A stretch of DNA of 64,000 bases, taken from contig NC_043009.1 in assembly GCF_006345805.1 (NCBI RefSeq), forward strand, positions 6,572,001 through 6,636,000, in the 5' to 3' direction. This stretch comes from Octopus sinensis (lineage: Eukaryota). Of this stretch, positions 25,767-39,238 are shown in pieces. The notes under the pieces are model-generated. The model saw only the letters and a list, made by a program, of their open reading frames with translations, was not told where the DNA came from and did not search any database. The translations under genes were made by a program, and so were the position numbers. The stretch's first letter is position 1. Each line of letters opens with the position of its first letter.

Positions 25767-26018
25767 GACATACATATATGTGTGTATATATGTGTGTGTG
25801 TGTAGGGGACACTTAGGAATACTTGGAAATCATTCCACAAGACAAGAATCCATAAATGACTCATTCCATCTTTATTTAGGCGTGTCCTAAATTTTTTCAC
25901 AAATATTTTCCTTTTCTTTTGATTTCATATTTCTCTGAGCGTTCCTAAATAGAGTATCCCGTGTGCATACGTATGCAGTTTGTGTGCTTGCGTGCGATGC
26001 CTATATATATATATATAC

Positions 26019-26062
<44 letters not shown>

Positions 26063-26229
26063 TTATTGTCTAATCGATTAAGACGAACAATGAAAGTATA
26101 TACACGCGTGTTCGTGTGTGTACATATGTGTGAGTGGGGTTATGAATGTGTGAATGTCTGTAATATGTATGTATATATGTGTGTCTGTATGCATATATAT
26201 ATATATATATATATATATCCACAGAGAGT

Positions 26230-26275
<46 letters not shown>

Positions 26276-26663
26276 AGAGAGAGAATGTACTAAATTCTTA
26301 TGGGATTTGTTAAAATATAACAATTCATCAAAGGCTAGTATTGAAAATGCTGCTGAGTAAGACAAATCGAAAACCTTCGGCCATAAACAGCTTTACTTCC
26401 GAAACAATACTCCGGTTATTCTTTCGCAAAAGCATGTATTATTCAAGTTTGTATTTATTCTTTTATTTCTAGAAATTACCGCCACTTGTTTCCCATTTCA
26501 ACTTGCTAACAATTCGTGTAGTGTTTGATTTTTCTGTCTTTAGCGAACATTCTAATAAACGAGCTATATATTGTTAACAGTATTCATCACAATCCGTTGA
26601 TTGAAAACTTGAAAGCAGCAACCAGCATGGGCGCTGCGTACTCCCTAACACTAGTAAAAGATT

Positions 26664-26695
<32 letters not shown>

Positions 26696-26771
26696 GCATA
26701 TAAATATATATATATATATACATATACTTAAAGACAGAGAGAGTGGAAGAGATACATACATACATACATAC

Positions 26772-26810
<39 letters not shown>

Positions 26811-26811
<1 letters not shown>

Positions 26812-27060
26812 GGAGGCCCAATGGCCCAGTGGTTAGGAGGATCACGGTTTCGATTCCCAAACCGGGCGTTGTGTGTGTATATTGAGCGCAAACACCGGCA
26901 GGGGGTAGTGGCGACCCCTGTTGTACTCTTTTGCCACAACTTTTTCTCACTCTCTCTTCCTGTTTCTTGGACTGTCATCCCGTCTAGCTGGGAGGGAACA
27001 CATACGACACAGAAACCTGGAAACTGGGACCATGAGCCTGGCTAGGCTTTATAATGGCGA
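26811..27060 (+). mobile_element. Family B-type SINE with internal deletions
   Basis: TGGCCCAGTGG, GGTTTCGATTCCC, body CTCTTTTGCCACAACTTT. Confidence 0.8.
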
Positions 27061-27562
27061 CATTTATATATATATATATAGTAGGCCCAATACATGTTGA
27101 TTAATATATCATCAATTGATTAATCTGTTCCTTGCCATTCGTCATTCTGTCTCATTGTATAATTTTGATACAACTCCTAACAACATGCTCTCTAGTTAAG
27201 CTTAGGAGCGAAACGCCAATTACATAACGAGAAATGAAGATATATCACCCGAGGAGATGCTCCTACGCTGCAGAGAACATTAGAATTCATTGCATAGTAT
27301 CTCACCTGCGCGGGAGTGATGCGGGCTATGTCGAAACGATCGTTGTGATGAATACATTTTCTAGTATACTCCATCTCCCGTATCAGCTGTTTCTACTACA
27401 CTCAGTTTATGCTAGTATAAATCCAGCACTGATTGTGCAATTACGAGGATGATGCCAGGTCGCCATGAAAAGTGAAAGCGTGCCTCACAAACGGCGACCA
27501 CACCTGTTCACCGTCGTCTACGTAGAGCCTGAGATGTCGCAGTCTCAGCGCGTGTCTGCGCA

Positions 27563-27669
<107 letters not shown>

Positions 27670-28109
27670 TTTGGACTTTTGGTATATGCCTAGTAGTATG
27701 CCGATTAGAGCACTTGTACTGTTTAGGTTACCTGATGTCATCTCCAGTTACGATGTAATGTCACTAGACCTACGTCAGGAATTCCACATTGTTTGTTGAG
27801 TTACAATGAATAAGGGAAACGAGAAATGGATTTACCAAGATTTTTTTATTGAGCATAAAGATCGTTACGACCCATACTGCATTTGTTCCTTACGTGTAGT
27901 TGTATTTCATCCATTAATGCAAGCTGTGTCTCGTCAGATTTTTTATGCAAATAATATACGTTACTACATATGCTGAGGTTTGCTTGGCAAATTGTTGCCC
28001 GTAGAGTGTAGGACGCTGGCATTGGATGGGATTATATCGTGGTTATAACCGGCAGATGGGTCTGGCTTGGTCTGGCTATAGTTCACAGTTGATACATAAG
28101 ATATATTAA

Positions 28110-28248
28110 TCTCTTTATTTCCCACGGGGAGCTAAACATAGAGAGAGCAAACATGGACAGGCAAAGGAATTAAGTCGATTACATCGACGCCGGTGCGTAA
28201 CTGGTACTTATTTAATCGACCCCGAAAGGATGAAAGGCAAAGTCGATA
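28110..28248 (-). mobile_element. Family A SINE 3' fragment
   Basis: GACCCCGAAAGGATGAAAGGCAAAGTCGA. Confidence 0.8.
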
Positions 28249-28564
28249 TATTAGAGTATTAAAAGATACAGAATAAAACCCGACGAGTGATATGAATTGA
28301 AAGAAAATGAAAAAGGAAAAGTAAGCCCTTGACATGAATACACACACGCACACACATGCATACACACAATATCTCTCCCTCTCTCTCTCTTTCTCGCCGT
28401 CAAGGAAATGGCTCTGTCATAAACTGCCTGGATCGTCCTACAGTTAGGCAGATTGATGGTATCCAGCTCCCTGCTGCGGGGCCATTCTTCAGTCGGTCAC
28501 GGATCACTGGTCCGACGTATTAAGCGCTGGTTTAGCAGACACATAAGTATTTGTATATATACGT

Positions 28565-28797
28565 AGGCGGTGAGCTGGCAGAAACGTTAGCACGCTGGGC
28601 GAGATGTGTAGCCGTATTTCGTCTGCCGTTACATTCTGAGTTCAAATTCCGCCGAGTTTGACTTTGCCTCTCATCCTTTCGGGGTCGATAAATTAAGACC
28701 AGTTATGCACTGGTTTCGATGTAATCGACTTAATAATTATGTCTCTCCTTGTTTGTCCCTTCTGTGTTTAGTCCCTTGTGGGTAGTAAAGGAATAGG
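28565..28797 (+). mobile_element. Family A SINE flanked by a ~110-bp direct duplication
   Basis: Full monomer; 28458-28568 is repeated at 28796-28918. Confidence 0.9.
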
Positions 28798-29260
28798 TAT
28801 CTAGCTCCCTGCTGCGTGGCCATTTTTCAGTCGGTCACGGATGACTGGTCCGACGTATTAAGCGCTGGTTTAGCAGACACGCGCACACATACACAAGTAT
28901 TTGTATATATAAGTAGGCACACACTCAACCACATATTTAGCGGTTCTTGGGCATACGCAAACACACGTATAGAAGTATTTACCTACATACACTTACAAAG
29001 ACATGTGCTTATATTTATATTCACGTACATGTTCATTCTACATTCACAACGAGAGCCACACATTCATATGCATTTTCCCATGCGTATATGTAATTTCCTT
29101 TTATATATACAGGCCCACATATACTCATCTATATCCCAGGTGGGTAACCATACCTCATGGTGTGTATCTAAATAATTTACTTTTCCTCACTGACACCCAT
29201 AGAAACATATTTATACATGCATGCGGAATGCTATATTTTCGTCTTTACTTACATCTATAC

Positions 29261-29575
29261 GTGGAGTCGCAATGGCCTAGTGGTTAGGGCAGCGGACTCG
29301 CGGTAGTAGGATCGCAGTTTCGATTCGCAGACCAGGCGTTGTGAGTGTTTATTGAGCAAAAACACCGAAAGCTCGACAAGGCTCCGGCAGGGGGTGGTGG
29401 TGATCTCTGCTGTACTCTTTCGCCACAGAATTCTCTCACTCTTTCTTCTGTTGCCCTGCTCGCTTAGCCAGCGAGGTGGCATCATTTGAAGGCTAAAACA
29501 ATGCCAAGCGCATTGTAACCAGTGAAGTGTAGCAATATCAGATAGCCTGGTCGGTGACGTGACATACGTCTCAAG
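29261..29575 (+). mobile_element. Family B-type SINE with an alternative 3' tail
   Basis: Family B head and body, then a tail (GCCCTGCTCGCTTAGCCAGCG...) unlike that of 8030-8331. Confidence 0.8.
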
Positions 29576-30539
29576 GGCACATTTGTGTCTAGTGGCAGTC
29601 GAACACGCAGACTCACCCCTTATAGTTACATAAATAATCAGACAATAATCACAAGTCAAAATATATACATACATATATACATACATACATGCATGCATAC
29701 AAACATACATACGTACATACATACACTGTTAATAGGACCTACTTGGATGAACAGTCTACAATATTGAATAATAATCCGGTACATATTGTATAAGATGGAG
29801 TTATATAAATACTACTTGGATAGACATTCCAGGATTGTATGGTCAGTCCGTATGAATTAGTGGAATACAAAGTTCTCGGGACTATAAAATACAACATATA
29901 ACTTATGGAACGCATTATATACCGTGGTGGAAATTTATCCAATTTTTAAGCGTACGTTGGTATTTTTTCGTTGCACCAAAATCAAATCTCGAAGATAAAC
30001 ACATGTATATGCATCCGAAATTATTCCATCCTATGCCAGTGTAACCAACAGACTACTGGCAAGAACATGCCAGGCGAATCTCAGTAAATGTAACAACGTA
30101 TCTTATTTGTTTGAGACACCTTATAAGTCACAGCTTGCATTAATGGATGCAATACAATTAGATGTACTATATTGCACCCGCATCAGACAGACGCAGGATG
30201 GATAGGAACGAGAGATGTTTTGAATAAAGATCCTTGATAAAAAAAAGATTTTCTGTTTCCCTCCGTTTTTTTTTTCGTTTGTTTGTTAGTTTTGTGTTTG
30301 TTGCAGTACAAATTCACTAGCTTTCTTACAAAGGGGTCTAATGCTCTTAGCTTAGACATTTTGGGGGGTAACCACCTCGAACCCTCTCAAGTGTAAATGG
30401 TCGTGACTTCTGGGACTTGACTAATGAAAGAAAGCTAAGAATGACCCGTCTGTTGTTTTTACTTGTCCTTCTTATTGTTATTTCTCTTGTCCGCCTATCT
30501 GTCCGAAAGTTTTAACGTCCTTTATTGCCTTTTTGTTCC

Positions 30540-30540
<1 letters not shown>

Positions 30541-30574
<34 letters not shown>

Positions 30575-30810
30575 GTATGTATACAGAAAGAGAGAGAGAT
30601 TGATAAACACAGATAATACATATATACAAGCATGTATGCATGCATACATACAAACGTACATGCATACAAGCATATATACATACATTCATGCATACATACA
30701 TACATACATACATACATACATACATACATACATACATACATACATACATACATACATACATACATGTATGTATATGTATATATACATGCGCATGTACATC
30801 TATATGTATT
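30541..30810. repeat. (TA)n and (CATA)n microsatellites
   Basis: Direct reading. Confidence 0.92.
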
Positions 30811-31479
30811 GACTAAATCGTCTTCCCGCGGTCGTGGAGGCCTTCCATGTTTGGGGTTAGGAAAATAAAGGAACGAATTAGAATATCATTTGTCCTCTTT
30901 ACCTTTTACGCTTTAATTCCATACATGCTATATATGAGAGGATTATTATTTGAAAAAACGTACATGCTATATATATGAGATGGTTATTATTTGACAAAAT
31001 GAAGTAGTCATTGATATGTGTATTCGTATATTTGTAAAAACTGATGACCAAGAAACGGTTGGTCGTTTATGCCATTTTAAAATTTAAATTGACTTGCTTG
31101 AAACTGGATAAATTGGTATCCCTTGAGTAGAGTAGAAATACGATCTTTTGGCGGTCATCCCTCGTCTACTACAAACGAAAATTTATTAAGTCATCTCTCA
31201 CGGTGTAGGACAGAGTCCCAAAACGTAAAGGCATACGTAATCTACTTTGGACATAATGTACATAAAGCATTTTCATAAGAAATATTATGTATATATCATA
31301 TTTATACAAGGAATTACAAAATGAGATGCAGTTCATAAAGTCTTAAAATATACTCCAGGTTTGTTCGAACCTCAGCTTCAGCGTTACATTAGAAGGATAA
31401 ACGGTAAACCAGCTGAAAATGAAGCGCAATATAAAATTTGGGAAAGTAATATACGTTCGAGTAAACGACGGACAATATA

Positions 31480-32002
31480 CTCTTTACTCTTTTACTCTTT
31501 TACTCTTTTACTGTTTTACTCTTTTACTCTTTTACTTGTTTCAGTCATTTTGACTGCGGCCATGCTGGAGCACCGCTTTTAGTCGAGCAAATCGACCCCA
31601 GGACTTATTCCTTGTAAGCCTAGTACTTATTCTATCGGTCTCTTTTACCGAACCGCTAAGTAACGGGGACGTAAACACACCAGCATCGATTGTCAAGCGA
31701 TGTTTGGGGGACAAACAGAGACACACAAACACACACACACTCATATATACTTTGATACTTTGATACTTTGATAGGTTTCGGCCATTATTGGCCCAGGCCA
31801 TGTCTAACTTAATAGCACCACCTGGTTATATACATATACATATACACGACGGGCTTCTTTCAGTTTCCTTCTACCAAATCCATTCACACGGCTTTGGTCG
31901 GCCCGTGACTATAGTAGAAGACACTTGCCCAAGGTGCCACGCAGTGGGACTGACCCCGCAACCATGTGGTAGGTAAGCAAGCTACTTACCACACAGCCAC
32001 TC
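31480..32002 (-). mobile_element. Family E SINE with 8-mer tandem tail and an ~85-bp insertion in its central microsatellite
   Basis: Reverse complement of 23176-23596; (TTTTACTC)n tail; insert at ~31745-31830 carrying (TACTTTGA)3. Confidence 0.88.
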
Positions 32003-32942
32003 CTTAAAAAAACAGAACGAGAATTTAGCGATAACGGTAATGGCATCGCTATATTTGATTATGATGTTGATTGCCAGGCCACTGATGATGATGATGACGA
32101 CGATGACGACGGAGTCGACAACGAAGAAGATGATAATACTCGTGACAGTATCATTGTTGATGATGACGAAAAAGGAGACAAAGTATGCAAACGAAGAGAG
32201 ATGTCCCGGTATTTATTTGACTATTACTAAAGATTTCGACATTGCTCGCGTTTAAGAAGTGCTTGCATTTGAAATGATTCCGGTGAATAGCAAGACGTTA
32301 TGTTGGTGTAGTTGGAGGGAATGGAATGTGGCAGGAGATGGACTGGGCGGATATGTTATTGAATCAATTTCCGCTAAGACGATTGCTTGAATCAGTCGCA
32401 GAAAATGCCTTATGAAGTTTAAAGTTACAACAAGATGTTAGAGTGCAACATCTCATTGTTACCATTGACAGCAAGCCCGATTTTCTAGTGGCGTGTTGAC
32501 GGCATTTTTCTGTCAAGTTGCTATCTAATTGGAAAAAAAAAATTGACGTTATATTTGGTTAGCCTTTGTATAGAACCTACTACAATCTGCAAGATATGTT
32601 TGCCAATGCAAGAGTTTATTATGCCATGAAGAGAAAGTAAAACATGCCGTTCATTGACTCTCACTGGCTGGTTAGATTTTGCAGGCAAGTTGGCTGGCTG
32701 GCTGGCTGGATGGATGGATGGATGGCCAAGTTACTTGACCATAAGTGATTCACTTGTCACAAAAGTCATCAATTCCTCTCGTTTTCTCACAAGAAACCTC
32801 CAAAGTGTCGCGAAAATATATTGGTACGGATTAATGCCGCTTTAATTCCATTTCATTTTAAAATACAAAATCATCGCAAGCACAGTGCTTGAAAACAACT
32901 CATAATTGATAAATACGAAAAATAACACTTTGTCTCTGCGTG

Positions 32943-33007
<65 letters not shown>

Positions 33008-34056
33008 TGTATATCTGTATATATATATAGTTATATATATAAATATATATATACATATTACATAAGACGTTTGCTATTATTGGCGAGAATTTCTTTACCG
33101 ATTTGACGCTGCGGAAAACTAAATAAACATCATTCTTCTTTCCATTTCTTTACTTGGTTACTAATTTAAATTCCGTTAAGATTATTCAATTGAAATTGCT
33201 CTAACATTTCAGCAAATAAAAATCTTCTATAACATATCTTTTATTTAATTTATTTTTTTTAAGTTACGGGAGTGATAAGGAGACAAAAAAAAGTGTATTA
33301 ATTTAATTTCTAAACTTACCATAGATTTTATAGACAGATTTGTAAATAATTCTTCATCGCTTTAAAAGTTGCTACAGTCACAAGGCCTCCTCATCGTATA
33401 ACATTAATGAACATAGATTTATCTCCTGCTGTTCCTACCATAAAAGCCGAAAAACATTTAATTTTTTGGTGGATGGGAAATATCAAAGGATAGAGAGAGA
33501 GAGTCGAAATGCATAAACCACTGATCAAAGAATACAACATTTTAAGATTTTATGACAAATCTAGCAGAGCTAAATTTGAATTTTATCCAAATAAGATTTC
33601 CGAATTTGCACAGAAATGTCTAGTAAATAATTGTAGAGGGCCGAGAGTTAAAGTTTCATTCCATCACATCAATATAATGAAAGTGTTTAAATTTCAAATC
33701 TAAATGTGAGTTGAATTGAAAGTGTAACATTAAGTGTATGTAATTTCTAAGATTAGAATTATATTCAGGTATTGTAATATAGATAAGGAATGGAATATTC
33801 GGATGAATAGTACATATATGTTCACTTATGTACAGTTTCAGGTACAAAGTCAGACACCGTTCATTAATCAGTGTGCATTCAAAGCAATGATTAGTAATTT
33901 ACGAAACCGGTATGCTTTTAAATATCTTTAACAATTCACAATAATGACTTTTATTAATTTTATTCCGACGTCAGTTCATCTAATAGTATGTCGTTACTTT
34001 TCATAAAAAGCCTTTACTTTTTGGATTTCAAATATGCATTTTCGCTAATTATCTTT

Positions 34057-34058
<2 letters not shown>

Positions 34059-34095
<37 letters not shown>

Positions 34096-34136
34096 GTGAC
34101 TGCGACGATATATGTGACAGTGTCGGGATAGATAGG

Positions 34137-34216
<80 letters not shown>

Positions 34217-34565
34217 CGTGCTTATATCATCAGATATGAATTTCGGCATCTGTGTATGTAATGTGTGTGTGTGTGTGTCATAAATTTGGATGCGATGGCG
34301 GTGAGAAAACATAAGTCGAGAACTGTAGACTGGTTTTAAAGATACGGTTTCATGTATTATATTTTCTGTACATAATTGCTGTTTATATACTGCAGCAACC
34401 AACTCTTCATTTCTCTTTCCATCAAACATATCTTTAAAACCAGTCTACAGTTCTCGACTTATGTTTTCTCACCGTCATTGCATCCAAATTTATGACACAC
34501 ACACACATTACTTACACAGATGCCGAAATTCATATCTGATGATATAAGCACGTCTATCTAACTAA

Positions 34566-34618
<53 letters not shown>

Positions 34619-34619
34619 A

Positions 34620-34674
<55 letters not shown>

Positions 34675-34705
34675 CCGACACTGTCACATATATCGTCGCA
34701 GTCAC

Positions 34706-34775
<70 letters not shown>

Positions 34776-34779
34776 TAGA
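34059..34779. repeat. Fold-back inverted duplication (arms 34059-34344 and 34429-34779, 84-bp spacer)
   Basis: Unique segments and the ATAG and TA microsatellites are all mirrored, with few substitutions. Confidence 0.92.
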
Positions 34780-34884
34780 GAGAGAGAGACAGAGAGGGAG
34801 AGTTTACGAAAAAACAAAACAGGAAGGCAGGTGGTGTACGAAGCAAACACCTGTATTAATATAACGCTCAGGAATAGAAAAAAG

Positions 34885-34922
34885 TCTTTTACGTTTCGAG
34901 CCTACGCTCTTCTACAGAAAGA
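34885..34922 (-). ncRNA. Minimal HHR-like motif in a family F repeat (34797-34985)
   Basis: UCUUU-CUGUAGA-A-GAGC-GUAG-GCUC-GAA-ACGU-A|AAAGA: 5-bp stem I, 4-bp stem II, palindromic ACGU stem III, A6 replaced by U. Confidence 0.55.
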
Positions 34923-35374
34923 GAACACAGAAAAAAACAAGGAGAGAAAAAAAATGTGCGTAGTGGCTAACGATCTATCATGGCGATGTATATATATGTA
35001 TATGAACACACACATACATGTATGCATATATATATATCCTTCGTATATATGTGTGTGTGTGTGCTTTGTACAGTTACACAGATTTGATACTGCTGGGATT
35101 AAAGGCATTGAAATACATATATATGCATATTATATAATTGTACGACTCACTCAGTATACTTCATAAATAATTCTATTCATTATCATAATATAAAACTTTA
35201 GGATTTAATGTACAATATATATATATATATATAATATATATATATATATATACATATATATAGAGAGAGACAGAGACAGAGAGAGGGAGAGTTTACGAAA
35301 AAACAAAACAGGAAGGCAGGTGGTGTACGAAGCAAACACCTGTATTAATATAACGCTCAGGAATAGAAAAAAGT

Positions 35375-35410
35375 CTTTTACGTTTCGAGCCTACGCTCTT
35401 CTACAGAAAG
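35375..35410 (-). ncRNA. Second copy of the minimal HHR-like motif (family F, 35286-35473)
   Basis: Same motif with a 4-bp stem I. Confidence 0.55.
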
Positions 35411-35699
35411 GAACACAGAAAAAAACAAGGAGAGAAAAAAAATGTGCGTAGTGGCTAACGATCTATCATGGCGATGTATATATATGTATATGAACACACA
35501 CATACATGTATGCATATATATATATACCTTCGTATATATGTGTGTGTGTGTGCTTTGTACAGTTACACAGATTTGATACTGCTGGGATTAAAGGCATTGA
35601 AATACATTATATATGCATATTATATAATTGTACGACTCAGTATACTTCATAAATAATTCTATTCATTATCATAATAAAACTTTAGGATTTAATGTACAA

Positions 35700-35757
<58 letters not shown>

Positions 35758-36499
35758 ATATATGCAGGTATGTATACGCACCTAAATTTTGAGTCTACCT
35801 TCTCTTTTCACATGTATATAAATATATATTTTTATATTATTGTGTATATCTGTATATACGCACAAACACATATCATTTTTTATACAAATATATGTTTCAG
35901 TATTTGTGTGTGTGTGTTTGTGTGTGTGTGTGTGCGTGTGTGTGTGCAAGGGTGTATTGGTTTAATGTAGCACAAAATGCTCTGCCGTACTAAATTATCA
36001 TTTGTATTTGATGGTTCTTTTTGTTTTGTTTTTAATTTCAAAAAGAGCAATAGTTATATTCTAAGGCATAACTCATTAACCAGTGCGTACAGATTTTTGC
36101 ATTGTCAACATAATTTAATTAATCACGATTCTTAATATTGAATCCTACTTTACACGCTAAACTGTCTTCGCTGATTTTTATAAAGCCTGTAAATGCATTA
36201 TGTTAACTGGTTAACTATCACGCATTGCATGTTGCGTTGTTGTATTCGAAACGCAAAACGAACTTTAACAAATTGCATTTCACGAAACAAATAACACACA
36301 CAAAAAAAAAATAATAATAAATTTTGCTATAGCTATTAATTAATGGATTAATCCAATTACTCAAAATGAATAAAATGAGAGAAAAAAGTCCAGAAAAATG
36401 TAATGAAAATAATCTCACTTCTCTTATTTGATGTAATTCTTCTATTAATAATTGTTTCTCGCAAGGCCAAATATTTGGGAAAGATTAAATCGATACGGA

Positions 36500-37160
36500 A
36501 GAATGACTAAATCTCGTACAACATGGATTGGATCTAGAAGATAGGTTTACAAACCTATGGTAGAAACAGTGTCCGCTTCATACAATCACCTAAGTAATAT
36601 TTATTTCTGTAAGGCATGTAAAACCACTGGCTGTCTACAGCGGTCGTTGTACCCTTTGTCGTAGTACCCGTTGAATATCTAACAAACTCAGAAGATAGTG
36701 AGTTAAAACAGTATTCTAGGAAGTTAAAGCTTTAGAAAGTCCTAGAAAGTTAAATCTCCATGGGAGAGATCCATGAATCCCGTTCAGCGATATCTACGAC
36801 ATTAAACCTGACTGCAGCTGTTTTGTTCCGTATAACTACCCTCTTAAAAGCAAATTCCTTGCGAGTTGTTTGGTATACTACGCTGAGTTGTTCGATACAA
36901 AACTCCTACATTGGATCTACGTCAAATAATTACAAGACAAGAATTTATTCGCATAGACATACGCATTATTAATATTCTTTTATATTTCAAGGCTAAGAGA
37001 AACAAACGACAAATCGACAATGCATTTGAAAGATAACTATTGATTCCCAATTTTGCGATTCAATATAAACTCTGGAACAAAAATCGGGATTATCTACCAA
37101 ATTTATTTATCAGAAAAACTCGTAAATTTCTTCTAAAATAAAGCAGTATTGAAGAACCTT
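36500..37160 (+). mobile_element. Ancient Penelope-like relic (GIY-YIG region)
   Basis: VVWYTTLSCSIQNSYIGSTSNNYKTRIYSHRH parallels YIGMTSNSFKTRWYAH of the 18990-20228 element; heavily decayed. Confidence 0.55.
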
Positions 37161-37432
37161 ACCAAACAGGCATGCACACAGTTACACAAATATAAGTATT
37201 TACTTACACACTATAAAATTTTCAAACTTGATTAAACTAATGATCAAGAAAAAATGTTGATAATATTCTTCTGTTTCTTTCAAATTCGTTATTTTCTGCA
37301 TCAAACATTCACACGATAGCGATCGTATTATCAATTCATCAACCGCTTTGATAATTCTTGCTTGCGTACGCGTAAACATTTACATACACACACGCACACG
37401 CACACAGACACACACACACACTTACATACGTA

Positions 37433-37668
37433 TTAGGTTGGTGCATAATTATTGCGAGTTTTTTCAATAAAACTTATTAAACAAAACAATTTAAACAAAA
37501 CGCCATTTTAAGCAATTTTAAACAAAATGCCAAATAGAGATTGAAGTAGATGGTGAATACGATCCGGAATAATCATTTAAAGATGTTTTTGTTAAATGTT
37601 AGTATTGTTTTTGCATTGTTGAATAAAATTTATTGAAAAGAACCCGCAATAATTATGCACCAACCTAA
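37433..37668. mobile_element. Mariner-derived MITE
   Basis: Perfect 24-bp TIR TTAGGTTGGTGCATAATTATTGCG, imperfect extension to ~47 bp, TA TSD on both sides. Confidence 0.92.
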
Positions 37669-37686
37669 TATATATAAGTATGTATG

Positions 37687-37750
<64 letters not shown>

Positions 37751-38167
37751 ATGTATATATGTAGATATGTATGTGTGTGTATGTATGTATGTATGTATGT
37801 ATGTATGTATGTATGTATGTAGTACGTATGCATGCATCTATGTATGTATGTATGTATGTATGTATTTATGGATGGATGGATGGATGAATGGATGGATGTA
37901 TATGACAAAGGACATCTCAAATAACCACTCCTAAACATCCCTTTTCCGAAACCCAGTGATACAAATTCAACTGCAGATTATTTTTCAAATAACTCGCATA
38001 TAAATGAAAGGTATGAATTTTCTATAAGAAATTATTCTTGAAGAATCCGTCACAGAGACAAAAGCGCTAAAGAAATGGTTTTTTTTTTCCATATCGTGAC
38101 TACATTCTATTTCCTAATATGAAAAATTTGTATGCCACTTTAACAATCTATGTATATATATATATAT

Positions 38168-38204
<37 letters not shown>

Positions 38205-38442
38205 GAGAGAGAAAGAGAGAAAGAGAGAGAGAGGAAAAGACAGAGAGATAGAGACAGACAGACAAAAACACTCATACATTATTTCATATCGATATATATT
38301 TGCTGTTTGATTTGTTACAAACTTAAAGGGAATTTATAAGGTCACATACGATAATCTTCATTTATCTGTTTACGCATTTTTTGGCCACAAGGATCTTGTT
38401 CACTGCCCTCACAGACATTCTGTCTATCTCTCTCCTTCTATC

Positions 38443-38483
<41 letters not shown>

Positions 38484-38550
38484 ATCTCTGACTGTTTCAC
38501 TCCATATGTGTTTGAGATTACCAATATGCATGTTCGTCTATATGAACATA

Positions 38551-38600
<50 letters not shown>

Positions 38601-39207
38601 AAAGCATGCACCTCTAAAAATCCGTAAGAGGACAAGTGTACCTATGTGTGTTGTGTGTCTTCACGTGCATTCATACTCCGTAAGTGTATAAGTTCATGTG
38701 TATATACGCACTCAGTTATGCTTACCATTCTGCAACCACTTTCTAACGAGGTTAATTGTCTCCCAACTTTAGCTTAGGATTGCTAAGCATTCCATGTGCG
38801 TCAGAAATTCCCTCTTGCCCCCATTTTTCGTCCCCATACCCTTCCCTTTCTCTAAACCATCACTTGTCATTAATAATCTTTATTTCTTTATCTTCTATAT
38901 TTTATATGTACAATTTTCCTTTTTTTCATTTTCTTTTATATTGTCATAACTATTTTTATTCAGTGATATTTTACCTTTTTCTAAGTATTTTCCCATTAAT
39001 TCATCTATTATAATTTCTTTAACGTTTCTCCCATTACCACGCCCTAGCAAAAATCTAAAGCTCTTTTATGCTCCCAGTTTCCCTATATAAGCGAAAGACT
39101 GGTTTGTTTGTACCGCTCATTATATTTTGCTCTAGAAGCGGAGACGTGGAATCTCGGTTGCTAAACGTTAAGTGCGGGCTTCTACACATACATACATGCA
39201 TACATAT

Positions 39208-39238
<31 letters not shown>

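Larger units (their letters stand above)
34778..35700. repeat. Tandem duplication, period ~485-489 bp
   Basis: 34778-35216 is repeated at 35262-35700, differing mainly by small indels. Confidence 0.92.

Noticed and set aside
30410-30450. CTAATGA...GTC as a decayed hammerhead
   Set aside because: Core mutated and stems cannot be paired.
31745-31830. Minus-strand CTG-GGCC-AATAAT-GGCC-GAAAC as a hammerhead
   Set aside because: ANGA of the core is missing and there is no stem I pairing; treated as a retroelement 3' fragment.
32003-32230. Acidic open frame (DDDDDDDDGVDNEEDD)
   Set aside because: No start codon or splice support; degenerate (GAT/GAC)n next to a SINE.
34525-34542. GAAA...CTGATGA as a permuted hammerhead
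   Set aside because: Only 7 nt between the motifs, too short for stems III and I.
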